DNA of 64,000 bases from Betaproteobacteria bacterium (GTDB lineage: Bacteria > Pseudomonadota > Gammaproteobacteria > Burkholderiales > SG8-41), in NCBI GenBank assembly GCA_947486575.1, contig CANKUB010000008.1:1582-65581 (forward strand), written 5' to 3'. Positions 9,325-17,809 of the stretch are shown here, in pieces. How positions within the stretch are numbered: position 1 is the first letter of the stretch; each line of letters starts with the position of its first letter. The translations under genes were made by a program, and so were the position numbers. Under the pieces are notes generated by a model that was given only the letters and a program-made list of their open reading frames with translations, did not search any database and was not told where the DNA came from.

Positions 9325-10275
9325 AAATTTCTTGCGGCCACGCTGCTGCTGTTGGCTGCATTTTCGGTGTTCGCGCAAAACTACCCCAGTCGCCCGGTAC
9401 GCGTCATCGTGCCGTTTCCGCCAGGTGGCGCAACTGACATTGTGGCGCGCGTGATTGGACAAAAACTGAACGATACCTGGGGCCAAACGATCGTGATCGA
9501 TAACCGCGGCGGCGCGGGCGGCAACATCGGTGGTGAAATCGCGGCAAGGTCCAACCCGGACGGCTACACCCTTTTCATGACCAGCGGTTCGATCGTTACC
9601 GCAAATCAGCACATCTATCGCAAGATGCCATTTGATCCGGAGAAAGACCTGGTTGCAGTGACGGGCGCTGCGAGCGGCCCGCAATTGATTGCCGTGAATC
9701 CCGGCTTCCCTGCAAAAACACTGAAAGACTTTATTGCTGCCGCAAAGGCCAAACCCAAAGGTTTGACCTTTGGCTCGGCGGGCTTTTCCACGCAAACGCA
9801 TTTGGCGGGAGAAAATTTCATGTATGCGGCGGGCATTGATGCCGTACATATTCCCTATAAGGGTGAAGGTCCGGCGATAACGGAGCTGGTATCGGGGCAA
9901 CTGAATTTCATGACGCCCAATATGGCGGCAGCCATTGGCTTTGTGACGCAGGGCAAGCTGCGCGGCATTGCGGTTACCAGCAAGGAACGTGTGAAACAAC
10001 TGCCCGACGTGCCCGCAGTAGCGGAAACCATTCCCGGCTTTGAAAACATCGGCTGGTTTGGCTTGATGGCGCCAACTGGCACGCCGCCTGCTGTGGTACG
10101 CAAAATTCACGAAGACACCACCAAGGCGCTGCAAGCACCGGATTTTGTGCAACGGCTGACGCAGCTGGGGATGGTGCCGTACCTGAAAGACCCGCAGGCA
10201 TTTGCCCGAACGATCAAAGAAGAATCCGCGTACTGGGCAAAGATCGTCAAAGCGCGCAACCTCGTCGTGCAGTAA
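9301..10275 (+). CDS. Bug/TctC-family tripartite tricarboxylate transporter substrate-binding protein
   Basis: Signal peptide, then YPSRPVRVIVPFPPGGATDIVARVIGQKL...GGAGGNIG...PYKG, the hallmark Bug-family pattern. Confidence 0.9.
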   Translation: MLKNNILHKFLAATLLLLAAFSVFAQNYPSRPVRVIVPFPPGGATDIVARVIGQKLNDTWGQTIVIDNRGGAGGNIGGEIAARSNPDGYTLFMTSGSIVTANQHIYRKMPFDPEKDLVAVTGAASGPQLIAVNPGFPAKTLKDFIAAAKAKPKGLTFGSAGFSTQTHLAGENFMYAAGIDAVHIPYKGEGPAITELVSGQLNFMTPNMAAAIGFVTQGKLRGIAVTSKERVKQLPDVPAVAETIPGFENIGWFGLMAPTGTPPAVVRKIHEDTTKALQAPDFVQRLTQLGMVPYLKDPQAFARTIKEESAYWAKIVKARNLVVQ

Positions 10276-10286
10276 CGGAAAGCAGC

Positions 10287-11162
10287 ATGAAAATTGACCT
10301 CCAGCAAATCGAAGATGCTTCGAAAGAAATCTACATACGCGCGCTGAAGCTGCTGCCGCCGGATATTAAAGAGGGCTTCAAACGCCTCGACGCAACGGAA
10401 ACCAATGCGACGGGCAAGGCCATACTCGGCACCATGATCCGTAATATCAAGGTAGCCGAAGCCAACACCAATCTGTTGTGCCAGGACACGGGTATTCCCA
10501 TCTACAACGTGGTAATTGGCACGGGCGTGGAAGTCGATGGTTACGCGCTGAAGCAGGCCATCATCCAAGGCTGTGCGCGCGCAACAAAAGAGCATCCGCT
10601 GCGCTCAAGCGTGGTGCACCCCACCACGCGTCAAAACGAACACACCTCGTGCGGTCGGGGCGTGCCGGTGATCAATATCGATTTCTCCAATGAAAACAAT
10701 ATGTTATCGATGGAAATGATTCCCAAGGGGTCGGGTTCTGAATTTAACTCGTGGCTGAAAATGGCGTTGCCTGCCGATGGTATCGACGCCATCAAGACCT
10801 TTGTGATTGATTGTGTGCTGGAGGCTGGTGGCAAGACGTGCCCGCCGACGATTGTCGGCGTGGGCGTGGGCGGCACGGCGGATCTGTGTGTGCATCTGTC
10901 AAAGGTGGCAGCTACCCGCGCGCTCGGAACCTCGTGCACTGATCCGGAAGGTGCCAAGCTGGAAAAAGAATTGAGCGGCGTGGTGAACAAGCTTGGCGTC
11001 GGGCCGCAGGGTTTGGGCGGTGACTCGACAGCGTTTGCCGTGCATGTGGAAACCGCCGCAACTCACATTACATTGAACCCGGTGGCGGTGAATATGCAAT
11101 GTCATTCGGCGCGTCGATCGCGCGCTACTTTCACGCCGCTGGGCTTAAGCTACGGATTCTGA
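10287..11162 (+). CDS. Fe-S type hydro-lyase alpha subunit (class I fumarate hydratase / L-tartrate dehydratase TtdA-like)
   Basis: ...LCQDTGIPIYNVVIG...PLRSSVV...IPKGSGSEFNS...CPPTIVGVGVGGTAD... matches the Fumerase N-terminal domain with conserved Cys ligands. Confidence 0.85.
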   Translation: MKIDLQQIEDASKEIYIRALKLLPPDIKEGFKRLDATETNATGKAILGTMIRNIKVAEANTNLLCQDTGIPIYNVVIGTGVEVDGYALKQAIIQGCARATKEHPLRSSVVHPTTRQNEHTSCGRGVPVINIDFSNENNMLSMEMIPKGSGSEFNSWLKMALPADGIDAIKTFVIDCVLEAGGKTCPPTIVGVGVGGTADLCVHLSKVAATRALGTSCTDPEGAKLEKELSGVVNKLGVGPQGLGGDSTAFAVHVETAATHITLNPVAVNMQCHSARRSRATFTPLGLSYGF

Positions 11163-11164
11163 TC

Positions 11165-11779
11165 ATGGCCCATTACGAATTCGACATGCCGGTGACAGAG
11201 CAGCAGATACGCCAGGTGCGCGTCAACGACACGGTGACCTTGAACAAAACGCTGTACGGTATCCGCGACGCCACGCAAATTCATATGTTCGATCATGGCC
11301 GCAAAACGCGCTTTGATTTGCGCGGTCATGCAGTAGTGCATACCGCCCCCAATGTGAGATGGGTGGGTGAAACGCAGGCCGCACCTTCGGGTTATGAGCC
11401 GATCTGCATTGGCACCACCACCAGCGCGCGCATGGAGCGCTTTACGCGTCCGCTGATGGAGCAGTGCGGTGTGCGCATCATTATCGGCAAGGGCGGCTTG
11501 TTTGCGGCTTCGCAATCGGCTTTCAAGGATATCGGCGGTATTTATCTGGCGATTGTGGGCGGTGCGGCAGCATTGGAGACCACGTGGATTGAACAGATTG
11601 AGGAAGTCGATCTGGACGATCTGAATCCTGAGTCGCTATGGAAATTCCGTATCAAGGGCTTTGGCCCGCTGCTGGTCGCGATGGATTCACACGGCGGCAA
11701 TCTGTATACCGAGGTCAATAAAGTGGCACGCGATAATCGGGCGGAAGTGCTTGCCGCGCTCGGTGTGAAAAGCGCCTGA
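11165..11779 (+). CDS. Fe-S type hydro-lyase beta subunit (FumA C-terminal / TtdB-like)
   Basis: ...NDTVTLNKTLYGIRDATQIHM...IIGKGGL...YLAIVGGAAALE... is the Fumerase_C pattern. The ATG at 11165 lies 2 nt after the alpha-subunit stop. Confidence 0.85.
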   Translation: MAHYEFDMPVTEQQIRQVRVNDTVTLNKTLYGIRDATQIHMFDHGRKTRFDLRGHAVVHTAPNVRWVGETQAAPSGYEPICIGTTTSARMERFTRPLMEQCGVRIIIGKGGLFAASQSAFKDIGGIYLAIVGGAAALETTWIEQIEEVDLDDLNPESLWKFRIKGFGPLLVAMDSHGGNLYTEVNKVARDNRAEVLAALGVKSA

Positions 11780-13485
11780 TGAAAACGGTCAAGACTGACA
11801 TCCTGATTCTGGGGTCTGGCGGCGCCGGGCTTTTTGCCGCGCTGCATGCGCATCAGCACAATCCCAATTTGTCGATTACTGTCGCAGTTAAAGGCTTGCT
11901 CGGCAAATCTGGCTGCACGCGCATGGTTCAGGGCGGCTATAACGTGGCGCTGGCGAAAGAGGACTCGGTCGAGCGGCACTTCATGGATACGATTGAAGGC
12001 GGCAAGTGGCTGCCCGATCAGGATCTGGCGTGGACGCTGGTGGAAACCGCTGTAGAACGCATCCACGAACTCGAAAACGAACTCGGCTGTTTTTTCGATA
12101 GAAATCCTGATGGCACCATTCACCAAAAAGCGTTCGCCGGACAAACCTTTGATCGTACGGTACACAAGGGTGATTTAACCGGCATTGAAATCATCAACCG
12201 CCTCGCAGAGCAAGTGTGGGCGCGCGGCATACATCGTATGGAAGAGCATCGTGCCGTCGAGTTCATCAAGAACAAGGCCGGTGACGCGATTGCGGGTGTG
12301 CTGATGATCGATATTCGCAGCGGCGAGTTCGTGTTCGTGCAGGCGCAGGCTGTGTTACTTGCCACCGGCGGCGGGCCGACCATGTACAAATATCACACCC
12401 CGTCTGGTGACAAAACTTGCGATGGCATGGCGATGGCCCTGCGCGCAGGTTTGCCTTTGCGCGATATGGAAATGGTGCAGTTTCACCCCACGGGGTTGAT
12501 TGCTGGCATGGATACACGCATCACCGGCACCATTATCGAAGAAGGCTTGCGCGGCGCGGGCGGGTATTTGCTCAACGGCAACAAAGAGCGCTTCATGCAC
12601 AAGTACGATCCGCGTAACGAGCGCGCCACGCGCGATATCGTATCGCGCGGCATGGATCAGGAAATGCGCGAAGGCCGCGTCAACAAAGTCGGCGGCCTCT
12701 ACATCACCATGGCGCATCTTGATCCGGTGATGGTGCGCCGTGAATTCAAGGGCATGGTCGAGCGCTGCGCGGACTGCGGTTTTGATCTGGTGTCGGGCTT
12801 GGTTGATGTGGTACCGACCGCGCATTACATGATGGGCGGCGTGGAGTTTAAAGTGGATTGCACTACACAATTGCATGGTCTGTTCTGCGCGGGCGAAGAC
12901 TCTGGTGGTGTGCATGGCGCGAACCGGCTGGGCGGCAATGGCGTGGCGAATTCGACGGTATTCGGCGGCATTGCGGGCGACGTTATGCCGGCTTGGGTGA
13001 AAGCGCACGGGACATTCACTGAGCCGGACCAGGCCGCAATGGATGAGGCAGTGGCGCGTTGCCGCGCGCCCTTCGGGAAAAGCGGCGGATCACTCGCCGA
13101 CATACGCGAAAAACTCTACAACCACATGTGGGACGATGTCGGCATCGTGCGTGACGCCGCATCGCTCAAGCGTTCGTCCGGCGTGCTGGATGAGTTGGAA
13201 GCTGAGCTCGATGCCACAGGTGTGGATAGCAGCAATCTCGCGTTCAACCTGACCTGGCATGATTGGCTGAATCTGAAGAATCTAATTCTGGTTTCAAAGT
13301 CGATTCGCTACGCGGCAGAAGCGCGAGAGGATTCACGTGGCGCGCATTTCCGCACAGATTTTCCCGACGTGCGCGATCTGGAAAATTCCCGCTTCACCAG
13401 CGTATCGTGGTGTGATGGGCGATTTGATTGTGCGACCAAGCCGGTAATTTTTTCGCGTGTCAAACCGGGCGAAACTCTACTCTAG
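11779..13485 (+). CDS. FAD-binding flavoprotein subunit of the succinate dehydrogenase/fumarate reductase/L-aspartate oxidase family
   Basis: DILILGSGGAGLFAAL (dinucleotide fold), FHPTG, AHYMMGG and HGANRLGGNG catalytic motifs. Start overlaps the preceding stop (TGATG). Confidence 0.9.
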   Translation: MKTVKTDILILGSGGAGLFAALHAHQHNPNLSITVAVKGLLGKSGCTRMVQGGYNVALAKEDSVERHFMDTIEGGKWLPDQDLAWTLVETAVERIHELENELGCFFDRNPDGTIHQKAFAGQTFDRTVHKGDLTGIEIINRLAEQVWARGIHRMEEHRAVEFIKNKAGDAIAGVLMIDIRSGEFVFVQAQAVLLATGGGPTMYKYHTPSGDKTCDGMAMALRAGLPLRDMEMVQFHPTGLIAGMDTRITGTIIEEGLRGAGGYLLNGNKERFMHKYDPRNERATRDIVSRGMDQEMREGRVNKVGGLYITMAHLDPVMVRREFKGMVERCADCGFDLVSGLVDVVPTAHYMMGGVEFKVDCTTQLHGLFCAGEDSGGVHGANRLGGNGVANSTVFGGIAGDVMPAWVKAHGTFTEPDQAAMDEAVARCRAPFGKSGGSLADIREKLYNHMWDDVGIVRDAASLKRSSGVLDELEAELDATGVDSSNLAFNLTWHDWLNLKNLILVSKSIRYAAEAREDSRGAHFRTDFPDVRDLENSRFTSVSWCDGRFDCATKPVIFSRVKPGETLL

Positions 13486-13546
13486 TAACATTGTGGCGCG
13501 GCAGCTGCCAGGTAGCTGCCGGTGCAATCGCCGTCCGGTTGAATTG

Positions 13547-13570
13547 TTTAATCAATACAATCACTTATAA
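13547..13570 (+). repeat. AT-rich boundary motif, copy 6 (degenerate)
   Basis: TTTAATCAATACAATCACTTATAA (ATACAA-TCAC-TTA), ending 3 nt before the Ldh_2 ATG. Confidence 0.5.
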
Positions 13571-13572
13571 AT

Positions 13573-14583
13573 ATGCCTCTCGTTTCACTGGAACAACTGC
13601 AGACGCTCGTCTCACGCGCGCTGACGCGCGCGGGCGCTTCCAAATCGATGGCGCAATCTACTGCGCAGGCGCTGGTTGCAGCAGAAGCCGAAGGCCTCGG
13701 CGGTCATGGCCTGTCGCGCGTGGCGCTTTACTGCCTGCACTTGCGTGAAGGCCGCGCGTTGGGTAAAGCGAAGCCGAAAATCCTCAAGCGCAAGGGCGCA
13801 ACGGTGCTGGTCGATGCAGGCGGTGGACTGGCATTTCCTGCCTGCGCACTGGCTGTGAGAGAAGCGATTGCACGGGCCAAACGCTATGGCGTGAGCTTTG
13901 TGGGCGTGACCAACAGTCACCACATGGGTGCGGTGGCATACCATTTGGCACCCATTGCACAAGCGGGCATGGTGGGGCTGGCGTTTACCATTTCGCCAGC
14001 AGCAATCAACGCATGGGGCGGCACGCGCGCGTTCTATGGCACCAATCCGGTAGCGGCGGTTTTTCCGCGCAAGGACGCCGAACCGATCGTGGTGGATTTG
14101 TCGCTGACCGAAGTCACGCGCGGCAAGATCATGGTATATGCCAAGGAAGGCAAGTCCATCCCGTCGGGTTGGGCCGTCGATAAGGATGGCCATCCGACAA
14201 CCGATGCCAAAGCCGCGCTGACCGGCAGTCTGAATGCCATCGGTGGTGTTAAAGGCGCAGCGTTGGCGATGATGGTGGAAGTACTTAGCGTGGCGCTGAC
14301 CGGTGCCGCATTCAGTTTTGAAAACGATTCCTACTTTGAACCGGGAAATAAGCCGCGCATCGGCCACGCCATACTGGCGATAGATCCTGGCGCGCTAGCG
14401 GGTAGTGATGCGTATTTTTCCCGGCTGGAGGTGATGATCGCAGCCATGCTGCGTGATGAAGGTGTGAGGTTGCCGGGTGCACGGCGGCAGAAATTGATGA
14501 CCGCGGCAACAGCGCAGGGTTTGCAGATCGGGGATGTACAGGTGAAAGAATTGCTTGTATTGGCTGGCGTTAAAAGTATTTAA
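13573..14583 (+). CDS. Ldh_2-family oxidoreductase (malate/L-lactate/sulfolactate dehydrogenase family)
   Basis: 336 aa. ...AEAEGLGGHGLSR...VTNSHHMGAVAYH...FGTNP...GGVKGAALAMMVEVLS... is typical of the Ldh_2 family. Confidence 0.85.
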   Translation: MPLVSLEQLQTLVSRALTRAGASKSMAQSTAQALVAAEAEGLGGHGLSRVALYCLHLREGRALGKAKPKILKRKGATVLVDAGGGLAFPACALAVREAIARAKRYGVSFVGVTNSHHMGAVAYHLAPIAQAGMVGLAFTISPAAINAWGGTRAFYGTNPVAAVFPRKDAEPIVVDLSLTEVTRGKIMVYAKEGKSIPSGWAVDKDGHPTTDAKAALTGSLNAIGGVKGAALAMMVEVLSVALTGAAFSFENDSYFEPGNKPRIGHAILAIDPGALAGSDAYFSRLEVMIAAMLRDEGVRLPGARRQKLMTAATAQGLQIGDVQVKELLVLAGVKSI

Positions 14584-14599
14584 AAACATATAGTTATAC
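14569..14599 (+). repeat. AT-rich boundary motif, copy 7 (extended form, supplies a stop codon)
   Basis: GTTAAAAGTATTTAAAAACATATAGTTATAC. It encodes the last residues ...VKSI and the TAA stop of the Ldh_2 gene. Confidence 0.8.
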
Positions 14600-14645
14600 T
14601 ATTTTTCACCATTTCGAGAGAATCAAGACTCGACCACACCATCAC

Positions 14646-14673
14646 CGTCATTCCTGCCAGTGTGGGAATGACG
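14646..14673. repeat. REP-like perfect hairpin (CGTCATTCC-N10-GGAATGACG)
   Basis: 9 bp perfect inverted repeat read directly. An ATTCC...GGAAT core is seen in REP/dRS3-like elements of other proteobacteria. A half copy (CGCGGGAATGACGG) occurs at 26650-26663. Confidence 0.6.
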
Positions 14674-14717
14674 AGGATTGGTTTTCATTCTCATCCATCG
14701 CAATCAAGGGGCGCGCC

Positions 14718-15752
14718 ATGAAGTCAAAAACACTCGCTTTAACCGTACTGAGCAGCGCTGCGATCTTCGCCAGCTCGCCAACTTTCGCGCAAACCGTAAA
14801 AATTACCCCGCTCGGTTCGCACGCTTTCGAGTTGTGCGAGCGCGACCGCGCGACGATTTTCGAAGACCCCACCGGCGTGCGCATCCTGTATGACGCGGGT
14901 CATTCGGTGACCGGCGGCGACGATACACGATTGGGCGACATACACCTGGTGCTGCTGTCGCACGCGCACGGCGACCACATGGGCGATCGCAAACTCAAGG
15001 CACTCGAAGCAGGCAGTTGCGAAAAGGTGGATACGATATCCGCCGCGCCGCATTCGACTACCGCTGAGATCGCAGCGGCCAAGCATTCAGCCATCATGAT
15101 GGTCACTCCGATGGGCGCCTTCATCGCCAAAAAAATCGAGAACATTCGCGGCAAGCCCGTCGGCAATTGTCCCGAAAAAGATGGCGTGCTCAACGCGCCG
15201 TTTGGCGCGTCGTGTCAGGCTAATGCGCAACTGGGCGGCGCGCGCATCCTCAAAGCGCCTGGTGCAAGCGTGGGCGTTGAAATCACCATCGTGCCGGCCT
15301 CGCACGACAGCACCGTGCCGCGCGAGTTGCTGACCGATCCCCAAAAAGCCGCGTTGGCAGTGGACAACACCAGCCTGTACCTCGGCCCACCCAGTGGCTA
15401 TGTCATCAAATTCACCAACGGCCTCACTGTGTATATGTCGGGCGACACCGGTATCCACACCGAAATGAAAAGCGTTGTGAGCGATTTTCACAAGGCTAAC
15501 CTCGTTCTGCTGAACTATGGTTCAAGCGCCATCTCGGCCTATGCAGCGACCTATGCGATGAACGATCTCATCAAACCGGCTGCGGTGATCATCTCGCACG
15601 TGAACGAAGCCGCGACACAGGGCGGCAAGCTGAAACCCGGTTCGCGCACGGCGGCATTCATCAAGTTGCAAAAGCGCCCGGTGCATCTGGCAATCAGCGG
15701 GCGCACGATGGAGTTTGATGGTGCGGCCAAGTGCGTCGCGGGGTGCAATTGA
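14718..15752 (+). CDS. secreted MBL-fold metallo-hydrolase
   Basis: Signal peptide MKSKTLALTVLSSAAIFASSPTFAQ and metallo-beta-lactamase motif LLSHAHGDHMGD. Confidence 0.8.
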   Translation: MKSKTLALTVLSSAAIFASSPTFAQTVKITPLGSHAFELCERDRATIFEDPTGVRILYDAGHSVTGGDDTRLGDIHLVLLSHAHGDHMGDRKLKALEAGSCEKVDTISAAPHSTTAEIAAAKHSAIMMVTPMGAFIAKKIENIRGKPVGNCPEKDGVLNAPFGASCQANAQLGGARILKAPGASVGVEITIVPASHDSTVPRELLTDPQKAALAVDNTSLYLGPPSGYVIKFTNGLTVYMSGDTGIHTEMKSVVSDFHKANLVLLNYGSSAISAYAATYAMNDLIKPAAVIISHVNEAATQGGKLKPGSRTAAFIKLQKRPVHLAISGRTMEFDGAAKCVAGCN

Positions 15753-15785
15753 CCGCCAGGGTCGCGGCATACGTAGACTATAACG

Positions 15786-16660
15786 ATGAGCCGTATAGTG
15801 CGTACGGTTTGCACCTTGCTCACGATGGGCGGCTTGTTTTTACAGGATGGTGCATTTGCCACAGAGACTTCTCCAGTCATCCTCGCTGTGCATGGTACAG
15901 CAGAGCAAATTCCGGCGACGTTGATCAAGCCCGAAGGGGTTGGTCCGTTTCCGGCGGTAGTCATGATGCATGATTGCAGTGGCCTCGGGCCACGTTCCAG
16001 CGGCGCACCACGGCGCTGGGCCGACGAACTGGTAGCGCAGGGCTACGTGGTGTTGATTCCCGACAGCTTCACCCCGCGCGACAGCGCAGTCGAGTCAACG
16101 GCGACGTGCGTGCTGCGGATGCATATGGCGCGCTCGCCGCTTTACGCGCGCTGCCTTATGTTGATGGGAAGCGCATAGGCATTATGGGCGGTTCGCACGG
16201 CGGCTGGTCAGCGCTGGCCGCGATGTATGCGCCCATCGACGCCAGCGACGTGTTGGCTGATGCCAGGCGCAATGGATTTGCTGCGGCCATTGCGCTCTAT
16301 CCCAGCTGCGAGCCGCGATATGGCGCGTGGTCAACCGCAAACACAGCGACGCCCGGTGAGGCGCGCTATACCGGCGTGTATCAACCGATAGCGCCGCTAT
16401 TGATATTGACGGGCGAAAAAGACGATTGGACGCCGGCGGAACCCTGCCGACAGCTTGCTGAACGAAGCCGCGCGGCGGGGCATCCGGTTGAGATCAAGAT
16501 TTATTCTGACGCACATCATGCGTTCGACAACGATCGCCCGCTACGTTATGTGGCGCAGCGCAAAAATGGTCTTGGTGCAACCACGGGCGGCAATCCAGCC
16601 GCGTGGGCGGATGCCAGACAGCAAGTCAGTGCGTTCTTCGCGCGGCATTTAAAGCTGTAG
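15786..16660 (+). pseudogene. dienelactone hydrolase-family protein, frameshifted (or sequencing error)
   Basis: The N-terminal half (frame of 15786) reads ...GPFPAVVMMHDCSGLG...GYVVLIPDSFTPR, then nonsense. The C-terminal half (frame of 15974) reads ...VNGDVRAADAYGALAALRALPYVDGKRIGIMGGSHGGW...GEKDDWTP...HHAFD. Adding one G in the CGCG run near 16077-16080 would give ...FTPRGQRSRVNGDVRAAD... in a single frame. Confidence 0.65.
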
Positions 16661-16674
16661 CAACAGCTATCCAG

Positions 16675-17727
16675 TTAGTTGAGCTTTGCGGCGGTAGCCA
16701 GGACTTTCGCAAATCGGGCAGCTTCTGCTGTGATGTAAGCTGCAAATTGCTCCGGCGTTGAACTCGTGGCTTCGACACCCAGATTCGCATATTTTTCCTT
16801 CAGATCCGGCAGTGCATGGGCCCGCACCAGTTCGCCATGCAATTTCGCGACGACGGGCTGCGGCACGCCGCGCGGTGCAAGCATGCCCCACCAGTTCACC
16901 AGTGCGTAACCCGGCAATCCCGATTCCGCAATGGTGGGCATATTCTGCAGCAAGGCCGAGCGTTGCGCGCTGGTAACAGCCAGCGCGCGTAGTTTGCCCG
17001 CTTTGGTGTGCGGCAGTGCGATAGGCATGTCGGAAAAGAGCATGTGCACCTGCCCCGCAATCACGTCTGTCAGCGCCAACACCGTTCCCTTGTAGGAAAC
17101 ATGTACGATATTCACGCCGCTACTCGACTTGAACAACTGACCGCCAACGAAGGCGAGCGTTCCCATACCACCGGAGCCGAAATTGAACTTGCCTGGCGAG
17201 GCCTTGGCAAGTTCAACGAGCTCCTTGACTGACTTCGCGCCAAGCGACGGGTTGATCACCAGTAGTTGCGGCGCACTGGCAATCAGGCTCAGCGGCACAA
17301 AATCACGCAGCGTGTCATAGGCCAGCTTGCTGTAGAGGCTGGGGTTGATCGCAAACTGCGCGAGGTTGCCGTGCATCAGAGTGTATCCGTCGGCAGCGGC
17401 GCGCATCGAAATTTCCGTGCCAATAATGCCGCTGGCGCCGGGACGAAAATCCACAACGATTTGCTGTCCCCACGATTCGGTTATCTTTTGCCCCAAAATG
17501 CGCGCAAGGGTGTCAGAGGTGCCGCCAGGTGAGAAAGGTACGATCATGCGAATGGGTTTCGACGGGTAGATTTCCGCCGCAGTGGTATGAGTAACCGACA
17601 TATTTTGCGCGGCAATCAGAATAGCCACAGCGCATACCAAGCGAAGTACTGACGCACGACATGTGGAGCGCTGCTGCCGTCGGTCTGCGTTATGGACTTC
17701 CCTGTAGCATTCAGGTCGCATGGACAT
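16675..17727 (-). CDS. Bug/TctC-family substrate-binding protein
   Basis: ...YPSKPIRMIVPFSPGGTSDTLARILGQKI...SYKG... The N-terminal extension makes the start somewhat uncertain (ATG 17727 or 17721). Confidence 0.85.
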   Translation of the reverse strand: MSMRPECYREVHNADRRQQRSTCRASVLRLVCAVAILIAAQNMSVTHTTAAEIYPSKPIRMIVPFSPGGTSDTLARILGQKITESWGQQIVVDFRPGASGIIGTEISMRAAADGYTLMHGNLAQFAINPSLYSKLAYDTLRDFVPLSLIASAPQLLVINPSLGAKSVKELVELAKASPGKFNFGSGGMGTLAFVGGQLFKSSSGVNIVHVSYKGTVLALTDVIAGQVHMLFSDMPIALPHTKAGKLRALAVTSAQRSALLQNMPTIAESGLPGYALVNWWGMLAPRGVPQPVVAKLHGELVRAHALPDLKEKYANLGVEATSSTPEQFAAYITAEAARFAKVLATAAKLN

Positions 17728-17809
17728 CGATTCCTTTCAGCGTTATTCTGTTGTGCAGGTTCAAGAATATCAATAATTTAACCGTCGTCATTTCAGGGGG
17801 ATACCGAAC

